A DNA stretch of 64,000 nucleotides, taken from Polymyxa betae A26-41 (Eukaryota > Protista > Endomyxa: Phytomyxea). This document shows, one piece after another, positions 1 through 13,177 of the stretch (its first letter is position 1; each line of letters opens with the position of its first letter). The stretch spans positions 10,249 through 74,248 of the forward strand of contig RBZT01000591.1 of NCBI GenBank assembly GCA_003693705.1, in the 5' to 3' direction. The translations under genes were made by a program, and so were the position numbers. The notes under the pieces were generated by a model, which saw only the letters and a program-made list of their open reading frames with translations, did no database searches and was not told where the DNA came from.

Positions 1-566
1 ATGCCCTATTGTAAGCATTCTTTGTTGTTTCCACAAATCGTTTTGTTCTAGGTTTCCTTCTAGTTGATATTCAATTGATGAACGTGTGATATAGATCGCT
101 GAAAGCTCAATCCTACGATTTGGTTGTAAACGGCATGGAACTGGGAGGAGGTTCCATTCGAATCCACGACTATAATGTTCAGAAACTGTACTACCGTGCC
201 AATCTGCACCATAAACTACTGACGATCTCGTAGAGTGCTGTCTTTGCTGAATAGCAAACAGACTTCAAAAACATTTCAAGCATTACTCTCTGCGCTACGT
301 CATGGATGTCCTCCACACGGTGGTATCGCACTCGGTAAAGTCTATACAGCCAAGTTTCTGTATTTTTAATATAGTTAGGTTTCGATCGGATAATTAGCGA
401 GTTCCCAAGGAAAACCTCTTCTTTGCGTGATGTTATTGCTTTTCCAAAATCAGCATTTGGGCGAGATTTAATGATGGATACTCCAGGATGTTTGTACGAT
501 GAGAAATGCCAATTAAGTGACCTCGGTATTCAGTTACGGAAACCATGTCTTATCATGAATAAATGA
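1..566 (+). CDS. DARS2: Aspartyl-tRNA synthetase, bacterial/mitochondrial type, 3' exons only (gene starts before window)
   Basis: Spliced translation gives [37 protein letters not shown] (class II motif 3) and RDVIAFPK; stop TGA at 564-566. Confidence 0.9.
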
Positions 567-678
567 GACTATCTGAAAAATATCTCCATTGAGATTCATC
601 CATTTGTTAGGCGCTATGGACCTCATATAATTGTGTGGTCGCCACTGAAAGAAGCGCCATTTCTTCCTTTTAGTAACG

Positions 679-3600
679 ATGACTACAAAGCTGAGCAATA
701 CATTGGCTTCATGTGTGACCAGCCCATATCTTTTACAGCATGCTCATAATCCAGTACATTGGATGCCATGGGGACCACAAGCCCATAATCTCGCCAAGCA
801 ACTTCGCAAACCGTATTGGACTTTCTAATAAGTTTTATGGCCCCTCAATTTGAATCTTTACCAGAATTTTCCTTTCAATCGGATACACATCATGTCATTG
901 GTGTCATGTCATGAGACACGAAACATTTGAAAATGAAGAAATAGCTAAAAGTATCAACATGCATCCATTTCGAGCTCGGACGAGACTGAGTTTGCCACAG
1001 TGCTTAATGAATACTTTGTTAATATCAAAGTTGACAAAGATGAGCGACCTGATGTGGATCGAGTTTACATGAACTATGTTCAAGTTTGTGCTGTATTTGT
1101 AAAACAATGAGTTGGTATTTATTGCTATTTAGGCGACAACCGGCTCTGGAGGATGGTATTATCTCTCTCATTGGCATTTAATTCTTAAACCAAACTTCAA
1201 TCCCAGGCCAATGAGTGTTTTTTTAACTCCTGATCTGAATCCGTTCGTTGGCGGGACGTATTTTCCACCTGAAGAGAAGTTGGATATATCTCATTAATGC
1301 TATCAATTGCTGACTTTCATAATGCACAGATACGGGCAGACCGGTTTCAAGACCTTAATCAATAGAGTTCATAAAGTATGGGTAGAGGTTTGTCAAACTC
1401 TGGAACCCTAAACATGCTTATGTCTAAACTTGTGTTTTCAAGGATTCCAAAACCGTTGAAATAAAGGCTTCCAATATGTTTAACATGTTGAAAGAATCAC
1501 TAATGGGACAGTTTGATTCACGAGCTGAGATCCGTTCTGCTCCAAGTGGATCTTTGGTAGATATCTCTCGTCGACTGTATCGTCAACTTTCCCATCGATT
1601 CAACCAACAATATGGAGGATTCGGGTCGGTTCTGATACATCAGCTAAAACTATGATTTTGATGAATTCATTTAGTGATGCGCCTTTGTTTCCGCGACCAT
1701 CTGAATTGCAATGCTTATTAGCTTTATCTGCTACTGAAATTCTTAACAAACAGGAGAGAACTCATTCTGTTAACATGGTTCTACATACTTTGAGGAAGAT
1801 GTCACAAGGAGGCATTCATGATCATATTGGTGGTGGATTCTCGCGAGTGAGATTTCATTCATTGAAGTTATCTGATCAATGCTAACAATTATATTAGTAC
1901 TCAGTTGATGAATGCTGGCATGTTCCACAGTAATAACTAAATACTTCTCTTTGTCGACACATACCGTTCAACTACCTTTTTACAGTTTCGAGAAGATGCT
2001 CTATGATAATGCACAGCTTCTGCATACGTTTGCCTCAGCATATCGTATGTCTGGGGACCGTTACTTTGCTGCTATCGGAAATGATATTTTCGAATATGTA
2101 AAATGCTTCTTTGCTGTTTGATTTGTTTTTAAGAAATCCTAACACAGATACAACGTGATATGGTGCACTCTTCTGGTGCTTTCTATTCTGCTCAGGATGC
2201 TGATAGCAAGCCAACTTTTGAAAGCACAGAAAAAGTAACTGGTATACTGTAAATGAGACGTATCTAAAATCACTCTATACAGAAAGAAGGCGCTTATTAT
2301 GTTTACTCTCGCCAAGAAGTTCTTGAACAGCTACCTGAGCCAATCTTCGAGATTTTCTGCTTTCATTATAACATCATGGTGAATGTATCAAAAGAGTTTA
2401 ATAGGTGTTTTCTGACCGACAAATATCTAGGAAGGAGGCAACTGCAATCTATCCTATCGCAGTGATCCTCATGGTGAATTTCAAGGTTTGAGTGTTCCTA
2501 TAGAACTTGGAGATGATCCTCTCGGGCAGACTGCTCTACATTTCAAACGAGACAGGGTTGGCTCAATTACCAAATGGATTGTTCAGTCTTATTATTTATT
2601 TAGAATGAAATCATCGATGCCCTTAAAGAAGGGAGCCGAAAGTTGCTGCAATATCGAGAGAAAACTAGGCCGCCCCCTATCACTGATGATAAAATTATCA
2701 CAGCCTGGTAAACACGAGAGAGCCTCGATGTCTTTCGTTGGCTGATTTTTCAGGAATGGCATGATGATCTCTGCATGTGCTCAAGCTCATTGTGCTTTTG
2801 TCCTCGGTAAAAGTGAAAACTTGCTCACCAGAACTGATTTTCTAGAGGAAAGTTTGTTCATACTTGATTTATATTAATTTTGAATTATTCGACGACAGGC
2901 TGCAATCAAAGCAATGGAGGTTCTTGAGAAGGATATGTTCGCACATGATGTCGCTTCTGGAGGCAAAAAATTGCTACGAAGCATTCGCTTTATAGATGGT
3001 AATGCATCTTTTAAAAAAGTGAGAGTTGAGGCTCAGTTCTTGTTTGCAGATAAACCTGTGCAAGGTCCAGGAGCGTTTGCTGACGATTATGCTTGGATGA
3101 TCTGTGCCTATCTCGATCTCTATGAAGCTTCTGGTAATAATACTTATATTCAGCGAGCTTGCGCTTTACAGGATATCATGGATAAGAAATTCAGGATTGG
3201 AAACAGGTTCGATTTTGTTTATGGATGTACTTTCACTAATTAGGCTGGATAGTTATCTGAGCAGCGATCCTAAGGATGATCCTACGGTCTTGATGCAGCT
3301 TGCTGAAATAAATGATGGAGCAGAACCTTCTCCAAATTCAGTAGCTTTTGGAAATCTGTACCGCTTGCGTAATATCGCCGACACCGATTCTGGCAAGAGA
3401 TATACAGATATGGCCAAGTACGCATTAGTCTTTTGGTTTACTTTGGTCAGGAACTAATTTGGAATTTAGCGCGATCTGGAATTGGGCTCAGCCAACTGCA
3501 AATGAACTACCTAATGCATTACCATATTTAGTTACAAACGGTGTCATATTTGATGTTGGTGCAGATCGTCTTAATTCGGATTGATGCACAGCGTGGTTTA

Positions 3601-3870
3601 CAGCAACCAAGAAATCGGGATTGCGAAAAACCAGGCGTTGGGGTAAACACAAAGGAATTCGTGAATCTGTATTGATAAAGGAAGATAGATGATATTTACT
3701 TGACAGACGTTCTGGCTACGTAGTTGTCTAGTTGACTGTAGACTATTATCGTGAATACAGCGAATGGGAATTTTAGACGTAATAAGCAGATACCCTATGT
3801 CAATTAAATCAATTTATATCCCATTGTGTAAACCAGCTAGAGATGAACATCAGCATTTGATGAGTCGCTG
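679..3870 (+). CDS. SPATA20: Spermatogenesis-associated protein 20 / YyaL-like thioredoxin-domain protein (multi-exon; 3' end approximate)
   Basis: [94 protein letters not shown]. Confidence 0.9.
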
Positions 3871-3945
3871 ATGGGTTGCTGCCGATCAGTTGGAGCTAAC
3901 GAGAAAATCAAACGCATTTTTAGTTGAAATTGCTGTATTAGTGTA

Positions 3946-6118
3946 TTACATTGTTCTCTGCATTAGATAAGGATTCTCACGATTTTTGATGAACGATTCG
4001 ATAGCATCGTCTTTCCCTGTTTCAGCAATCTTCTTTAATGTTTTGAACATGTAACTTTCATATGGATCAGGCTGGATGCGACTAAGCCATCCGAATATAT
4101 CGGAAGCACGTCGATAGACCTGATTGTTCTTTAGACTTTCCTCAATTGTGTCAAACAGTTTCACAGCAACAAGCAGATAATTGAAATTGACCTCGTTACG
4201 CTGGAAATTATGAAATACAAAGTCATATATAGCATGGAAAAGACCTATTTTTCTCAGCTGGACATGCTTCAAAACAGCATTGTCCCAAGAAGTTAAAGGA
4301 AATTTCTCCTGTTTGAAATTCATCAAACAATCAAAGGCCAGTTTTAGCTGATTCCATGTTGCATTCAGTTTGGAAGTGATCTCGGAGCATATTCCGAACG
4401 TCTGCACATGAAAACTGCTGCGAAAAATTGCAGGATCTTCTCCTGCTGCCAGTAGGCCTCCTCCACATGAAAATATTCGACGTTCGCCGATGTTCGCCTC
4501 AATAAGTTGCACAGCTGTAAATCCAGGAGGGTGCGAATGCAAGAAGCTGCCGGGAAATGTCACATTTCTGAACACAAAGATTTCCATCAGTAATTCAGCA
4601 CGAGACTTCCAGGAGTAAATGTTCACTGAAGTCGAAATATTCCACCAAGAGATAATTAATAATACCTGAAATAATGAGCTTGTTGAGGAACGAACCAAGT
4701 TGTGGCTAGATTCGGGACTGGAATAATATCAAGATCGTGACGATGCTGCTCACACGACTGCAAATACAGCATGGGATGAACGAGCAAATCACCACTAACA
4801 AATACAAGGGCATCATTTGGAATTGTCTGCAGCGCCTGCTTAGCATAGCGTTGAACAATGCTATTTGGGTTAGTTGGAACCGAACGCTCAATGTGGATTG
4901 CTAATATTATTACAGCACATGAAGCAGTCCATACAGAACCCTATTAATCAGAGTTAGTATCAAGTATAATTGGAAATCAAAGGTTTAACAGAGATCCACA
5001 AGCTTTGAAATTTGCACATACCAATATATCTTGAATGTGTTTATATCCAAATGATAGCAATAATGACATGATAATTGACGGCTGCTGATAAAATCGTTGC
5101 TGTACCCCTCGTAATAAGGGATCTGATGCATCCATATTATTCAATGAGGCAAATGCAATCACATAGAAGGTCCATGTCAGAGCAAGATCCTTCACAGTTC
5201 GTGAATGCCTATGACTCCAAATTCCCAGCACTGAAACAATCAGAACTAAAATCGATATCTCATCAACTAGATCCACAGAATAGAGCCCGATTCTATTCCA
5301 AATTGTTGATGCATTATCCATGTTCTCATTGGCCAAACGAAATGTTCCATACTACAGGTAAACAGTTACTAAGAAACAAGATGAAAGCGATTTGAGCATA
5401 CCTCGTGACGAAGAATGTGTTTTATAATTCCAAAAATATTATCAGTCTCTCCCCATGATCTATATCGACTTGATCGAAAATAGAGCAGTGAATAAGGAGG
5501 TAATAATCCACAAAGAAACAGTCCAAATATCTTCAGGCATTCAGCAAGGTGAATTTTTTGAAAGCGAAGAAGAGCCAGAGCGCCAAATGGTAGAATGAAC
5601 AGGAGAGATGTGTGTTGATTAGACATTGCCAGGCCAGATATAAATGCAGCAAACGAAAAACGATTTGTAATTATTGACCAAATGAATAATGTCATGAGAA
5701 GATTATTTAATGCAAATACTTCAACCTGAGTAGAATAGGTAAACACAGTCGATGAGAATGAGAATATCAAAGACGAGAAGATGGAAGCTGGAAAGGAGCC
5801 AGTTAGAGTATAAGCAGTTAATGCAAGAACGACAGCAGCAGCTGATGCTACCAGAGATGTAATAAGTGAGTAATAGAATGCAGGAGTTTGTAATGGATCA
5901 ATATATCGTAGAAGTGATGTGGCAATTTGATAGACAATAGCAAAGGTAGGATATCCAGGTGGATGTGGGATGGCTTTTCGACATAGACAGCTTGCCAGTT
6001 CTCCAGCATCACCTCCAGAGATATTGCTATCTACAAAGCTGATATATGTAGATAATACAGCTGTGAAGATAACGATGGACAAATAGATACTTGATCCCTT
6101 ACTCGCTTGTCCTTTCAT
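3946..6118 (-). CDS. TMEM260: TMEM260 / DUF2723 GT-C-type membrane protein (putative O-mannosyltransferase), multi-exon
   Basis: GGDAGEL..PHPPGYPTF, STQVEVFALNNL, NQHTSLL and RFYQQP motifs with many TM helices. Confidence 0.85.
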
Positions 6119-6567
6119 GATCTCAGCATATGTGTCATGAGTGTGTTGCTGTCAGATGATATGGTTGCAGTTAAGCTCGACAAACCCCTAATTCCGAACT
6201 ACTAGCTTTCTCAAAGTGATGCAACCACTTAACCTCAGTCCTCAATACAGTAGTCAAATTGCTCGCGCATTTACGATGGAAACATACACCAATCTTTTTA
6301 GACGAGTGACGTAACAATCCTTGACAATAATAACAGGAAAGTGACGCGCCCCGAAATCGAGTTAACCAATGATATCGAAGTGCTCGATAAATAACAAGTG
6401 AAACAAATCAGAATTCTGAAATCAGGTTTTTAAGACTTGCAACAGCACCAAAAAGGGCACTTTCCCAACTTAAGAAATTCAGGCAATACACAAATCCCAA
6501 TCGATGCTCTCAAAGCAAGAGCACTTGCCATCCAGCATTCTGGTTTGGTTTTATACAGATATTTTGT

Positions 6568-9500
6568 CTATTCTGTTGAGGTAGGACCGTCGTCCTTAAA
6601 GGGAGATTTAGCGCCATTATCAGGTAATGAAGCACGTCTGTGTTCTTCTGGATTAATGACTTGAATAATATGATGGCTTGCCGAACGGCGAACCTGTTCC
6701 GAGCTTAGATTCGTTTCACAACGACGCAAATAGTCCCTTAACCTCTCCTAAAAGTAAGGCAATCTCATCTAGCCTTGAGTTCAAATGAGGTACGTCCGAG
6801 AGTTTCTTGATAATGTCAGCTTTTTCCTCCTCAAGCGACATACGATGTGTAACATCCAGAGGTGTAAACTACAATAATATAAGAACACGAACATATCTCA
6901 ATCACTAAGGAATACCTCAACGCCACCATCACCGTCAAACTGGCAAACCCACTTGTGATATTTCCATAACGACGGGCGGTGTGAAACCGTCATTAGAGTC
7001 ACCCCTGCAGTCAAACTATGGACAAGAAAATACAAGCGAAGTCTGGATACATACCGATATCAGTAGCATGAGTGTACATCAACCCTTCGACGTCAATGCT
7101 GACCTGAGATGTGCATTCGTCGAGAATGGCGAACCGAGGCTTATGATAAAACAAGCGTGCCATAGCAACACGTTGTTTTTCGCCACCTACATCGAGATTA
7201 TTGGGCGATTGCCGTTCAGCTCAAATAATCAGACTAACCTGACAAGACGTCTTTCCAGTCTCGAACACGATTCCAACCACCTTCACGTTCAAGTACATAC
7301 TGGAGGTGTGCAAAGCCCAATAAATCATATAAATCGCTGTTAGTGACGCCTAAAAAAAATTAAAGCATATACCAGTTGCATGCATGATTTACCTTTCTTC
7401 TCCATTGCCTCAACAGTGTCTGGATATATAATCTAGGGATGAGTCAGATATACTAGTAGAAATTAAACTATAGATGGTGATTGTGAACCTGATCGCGGAA
7501 CGTTCCGGAAGATAGATAAGGACGTTGTGGAATATAGAACAAGTCTGATGGCAATGGCCTTCGAAGAACACCATGCCGAACTGGCCATAATCCTCCAAGA
7601 ATCCTAAGGATCACTTCAGCAGGTGAAACGATCACGCTTCTTAGCTATAACCTAAATAGAGACGACTTTCCACAGCCGTTAGGTCCAGTGATTAAAGTAT
7701 GCATGCCCGGCTCGATGACCATACTCAACGCAGGGACCAATTCGTCGCCATTTGGTGTGATAATGGGAACATCATCGAACTCGATTGCTCCATTTGAGAA
7801 CTCTGTCATGCCCCCTGAATAGCGAGCAAGGACGGCTTGATTTGCTTCAGGAATGAACTATGCCATCATTGTTCATAAGGACAAACTGTGAGAGTTACAT
7901 GAAATTTATGCTAACCTTGTGGTAAATGCTATTATTAACGTCCTCGAGCGTTTCGAACAAAATCATCACTCTGCTGGTGTATCCAGCCAATTCGCCTGAA
8001 TGCTTTCAGACAAGATAGAAAGAAAGAAATACAACGAGAAGGACCGATCTCTTTGGCGCTACTTAGAATCCGAATGATGGCATCAGCCAAATTCATAAGA
8101 TAACGCCTATTTCTGGTGTAGTCAGCAGTTCTCTCACCAACGGATTGGTTTGCCATTCTCGAAGGATCCATTGCCCAAAACACGGGAATGGCACAAATCA
8201 TCAAACCAACAGCACTGAACAACCGGCTCAGAACACTTTTTCAATGGACCTCTTATTTGACAGAACCTGCTGACGTATTTCAAAAAGAAGCCCTCGATGA
8301 CTGCAAACCCAATCCTGCGAGAAATGATCTCTTTGATGTGGTTCACGAGTTCGTGATATCTCGCCAATAGTGTATCTTTTTCGATAATCTCTCCCTATTT
8401 ATAAACGTCAGAAACTGATCAGATATTAAATGCAGGGTATAACCTTGTAAAATGCAATCTCTTCGGCATTGGTAATAAGCCGAGCATGTGCACTCCTATA
8501 TTCGCCTTCAAGGCGGCCTTCCTCAGCTGCCAATCGACCGAAAGGCGGCGTTATAACAGGCAGCATGAAACCATAAACGATATAGAACGATCTTCAACAA
8601 AATCAGTCTCTGCTTGTTCCTGAAATGCCAAAAATACCCCAAGGTAACCGGACCAACCCATCCAACAGCCAGGGCTAATTGAGTTCCGAATAAAACCAGA
8701 TCCAGAACAGGCTTAGCTAAATTCGAGTAGAGCTCAGACAGGGTTGTGCTAAATCTTTCGATGTCAACTATGCCGATGTCAATGTGTTAGAATTCGGCAG
8801 TAAGCAGGAATAACCTGTAATCAGCTGATCTGCATTTGTAACTCTTGAGTCTAGTTGTGCCATCTTATAGTACGTGTCATTATGCAGATATCTGCATCAA
8901 ATTGAAATCAAAAATCGATGATGGAAAAAATACATTTTACCTGTCCAGAACACCTTTAGTTAAATTCGTTCTGCAATGCAGAGCAATTCGGGACTGAAGT
9001 GAGCGAATCATCGCATTAATGGCGGTAGCAGGTAATGCCAGAATCATCCACCACTGAAGTAAATTCAAAAAACTTCTTTTTTTCCCCGATACTAAAGCCT
9101 TTGTGACATCCAATCACACACCGATCAACATAACAATGAATGCGAATTACCTGGACAAGAGCTCCATCAAGTCGAGCAACGAATATGGAGATTATAGTTC
9201 TACTGAACAATAGCCCTGCCTACAGAAATCGTGATCTTAGTAAAAGTAATTGGTTAAACCATATACAGGACAACAAAATCTTACTTGAGTGAATAGCAAA
9301 GCATATGCAACCTTATCGTTGAATGCAATTTTCACTAGATAGCGTAACGACTGGATAAAGGTATCGTTCGATTTGGAATCTTTCAAGTCTTCGGTTTTAT
9401 GGCTAACTTGTTTGGATAAACTGCTGTTTCGGTTCTGGTATAATTGCTTATACATAATCATTGTTAACAAAGATCCAGTCCCTCCTATCAAACATATCGA

Positions 9501-9647
9501 TCAGAAAATAGGGAAACCAGTATCAAACAAAAATCCAAAGAATACGAATCTAACATCAGTGATATAATATCAACATATTTGACAGCAGACAAGCCAGCAA
9601 TACTTAGGACCTATTAGCAGTTTTCTAAGAGCATCATGGGAGATCAT
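6568..9647 (-). CDS. Peroxisomal ABC half-transporter, subfamily D (PXA1/ABCD-like), multi-exon
   Basis: [44 protein letters not shown] (EAA motif), GPNGCGKS Walker [10 protein letters not shown] Walker [10 protein letters not shown]. Confidence 0.9.
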
Positions 9648-10113
9648 CTGGCACTATCGGCCGGCGCCGAGACGCTAGCAGCCTGAGACTCTATCTGATA
9701 GATGAGATGCTGTTAGTCCCCTTTGACACTTTTGACGTGGACTCTAAAGTGATGATAATGTTAAGTTCGGTATTTCACTTTATCATTATTTCAGACCCCG
9801 CCAGACACACCTTCCACTTTATACAGTTATTCATTGCATTTTATTATTGATTGAAAATCGACATTACTTAGGTAACACGTTCATTCATTAGGAGCTCCAT
9901 TCCAGAGGAGCTTTCTTATGATCACTATTTGCAATGAGCCATGTACTGTAATGCTCTCGCTATCAATTGACCAATTCTGTCAACCGATTGTATCAATTGA
10001 CCGCATTGATAGTTTACTGTTGGCTCTCGGTCAGAATAATTAATTTGGCAGATATCACCGGCACTGTTATGAATTATGATTTCAATGACATGTCCGCTGA
10101 TTAATCGGTGTCA

Positions 10114-10752
10114 ATGTCCATTACGATGTTGCGACGTTGGTTAAGGTTGTCTTCGACCTTGGTTTGGAGAACAACCAAATTCAGACCGATGCGAGTTCGG
10201 TCATTCACTTCCCTACACGGCTTGGCAGATGGGAATCGCAGATGTTTTGCTAAACTAGCTGCCATTGAGATCACTCCTGAGCAATTAGTCGAGCTACGTG
10301 TCAAACCAGGCTCAGATCAAGAACGACCAGTTATTATCGATGTCCGAGAATCGTAAGCAGTCTTGAATTTTGCCATAAGCGATTTCGTAATTCTGTCAAG
10401 AAATGAGCTAAAGTTGGCTGAGCTCCCTGGAGCAGACGTCCATCATGTTGCATTGTCTAGTTTATACGAGGCACTGGAAAATCATGGTGGTGACGACCAG
10501 CCTAATCTTGTTGTGGAGGAACTTCTACCTTCTGAGTGCAAGATGCGATCCCAAACGATTGTCACATTATGTCATCATGGGGTTCGATCTAAGGCAATCG
10601 CTGATTTATTGAAAGAATTAGGCTGGACCAATGTTCATAGTTTATATGGTATCAATACTATGTACATTATTTGCCAAGTGCTAATTTAGTATTTCATAGG
10701 TGGTATAGATCTATATGCAGATTCTATAGATCCTACTATTGGAAGATACTGA
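10114..10752 (+). CDS. Single-domain rhodanese/sulfurtransferase with probable mitochondrial presequence (3 exons)
   Basis: Arg-rich N-terminus, IIDVRE, active loop CHHGVRS, C-terminus GGIDLYADSIDPTIGRY*. Confidence 0.85.
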
Positions 10753-10900
10753 AACACATTCTCCTCCATCTACTCATCATGCCAAACGTTTTCCACTTTT
10801 CACATGCTGTCATTATTTTGAATATATATATTGATGAGGCTCTCTATCTGTATAGGCTCAACAGTATCCAACAACTCAGATCGTTCGAGCATCTCTTACG

Positions 10901-12720
10901 TTAATCATCTGTTAAGAATTGTGTAAATGCCGTTTTGATTTCAGTTGGGGACATTTTCGGTCGACTTAGATTCTTTCGTGTACCTTCAATGAAGATTGAG
11001 TTTGTTACATAACAAGCTGTACAGTATTGGCTACCTTTGCAAATTCGAATTTCAAGGAATGCCGGTCCATTGGTATCCCGCAATTGGCAGATTCCATCTC
11101 TGATCTCATCGGCAGTTGTGACAGATAATGCCAATTTATAACCCAAAGCTTTAGCAACGGTCGCGAAATCGATCTGGAAGCCGCCACTAGGTTGACCTCC
11201 AACTACCAATTATCAATCAGATTCTGTTGAATGCTTCTGTATTGGTGTCACTCCACTAACCCGAATCATGTGCAGCATTATTGAATAGAATATGCTTCAG
11301 ATTTGAAGACGATTTAATGGCTATGGTTGCCATTGTTCCCAAATGCATCAGACTAGCGCCATCACCATCCAGGCACCAGATCTGATTTCTTTCATTAGGA
11401 TTACATTCATTTCAAATACGACTTGATGTAAGTCTACCCGACGAGATGGACGAGCTAGAGCGACTCCGAGGCTGATTGCTGTTGCATGACCCATGGACCC
11501 GACCACGAGGAAATCGCTGTTATGGCTGGATTGATGTCGGACTCGATATTCATAAAGCTCTCGAGACGTGAATCCTATCAATATGAGCGCAAGAGACTAC
11601 AAACTTGTTAATGTGAACCTGTTGTGGCAACAAATGCATCGTCCTTATCAACATTGCCCAATATAATTTCTAATGCTCGCTCCCTTGTCAATAGGCAATC
11701 CTCATGCTCTGAACTGATTTCAGGGTATATTGAGGGCAAGTACGGTATCTAGACAACTACCCTCGTCGTGCTGGAGCTGATATTTTCCGAAACATTGTTT
11801 CTTTACCAGTAGAGCATATGGGCCTGAACGTGATCGCATTGTCTGCAAGGCAACGTCGACGGCGGTTGTTGCTCCTATTGTCGAATCAGTTGATTGTACA
11901 GTAATAGAGCTTTGAGACCTTTGATATGGTTTGGAAGAACCTGGAAAGGAATAGAGAGATCATTCAATAATGCTGGCGTAATGTTGCCTTGAACATTATG
12001 CTGAACTTCATCTTTTACACCGGGTTCACCTGAGGATTATTAGCATGCATCTGACGATTACCACGAGCAGGCCCACCTCTCCATCCAATCAATAATAATA
12101 CTGGAAGTGAATATACATTGGGATCACATAACGACACCAACGGGTTGACAGCATTTCCAAGCCCTATGAGAGGTTATCATGACGATCTTCAATGAGGTAT
12201 GTTGGTTCACCTGAATTCTGCATATATACAATGGGGATTTGTCCAGTTCCTAGATGATATCCTGCAGCTAAACCAATAGCTGCTCCTTCATTAGCACATA
12301 TAATATGTTGATCGTCATTCGAATGATCCTATCGGTTTAGTTAAACTCGAAATTCACAGTGCGTCGTTAAATTTCATTTTTGAAGTATTTGTTAGATTAT
12401 CAGAACTTCTTGGTTATTCTAAACTCTCAACGTGCATAGCAAACTGAAAACGTTTATCGCGGTCTAATTCTGGTTCTGAAATTATTCGCAAATTTGGATA
12501 CTTGGACATAAGCACAGAAATCCTTGAGCAATGAATCAGGAACTCCTGCATAAAACTGTATATCGCGATCTTGTAGAAGATCGTAGAACTGTCTGGGACA
12601 TAACAATTTCCCATCGTTATCATTCGATCCAGAGCTATGATGCATTCGAGTTGATAATATGGGAGACCATCTTGATGGTCGATGTGCCAGTTGTCTACAT
12701 AGCCCATACAATGCCAGCAT
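10901..12720 (-). CDS. ppd: Phosphonopyruvate decarboxylase (ThDP-dependent), multi-exon, with N-terminal transit-like peptide
   Basis: [104 protein letters not shown]. Confidence 0.9.
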
Positions 12721-13177
12721 ACCAACGTTAAATCAGCAAGAAATTCGATCACAAAGTCACAGATTGTTTAGCATTGAATGCCAGATCTGGTCGATTTGAG
12801 GGTACCACATCAAAGGAAGCAACAATAAACTCATAAGACGTATTCTAGATTTACTTGAATAGTTCTTCGCCTTAGTGAATGACATTGGTCGCAAACCCTG
12901 CGATACTGGACTGAGAAGAATGGGCGTCGTTGAACATGTTTTTGCACAAAAATCATGACGATCTGGACTGAGCAGTCATAATCAGCGCTAAAAAGAACAT
13001 GAATTCCAAGAGATCGTTGAGATGTTCTGCTATAATACAAGAAACCACAATACAGATTCTATATTGATCAAGTTTATAAAAAAATTGGATCTGATATTTG
13101 TTGTATGAAATGCCAAATTCCAGATAACAAAATGTGCAAGGCATGATATAACTGCTGATGATAAATATGAATGAGAC

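Noticed and set aside
6568-12720. ABCD + rhodanese + Ppd as a phosphonate gene cluster
   Set aside because: No pepM, transaminase or cytidylyltransferase present, and the neighbours have unrelated housekeeping roles
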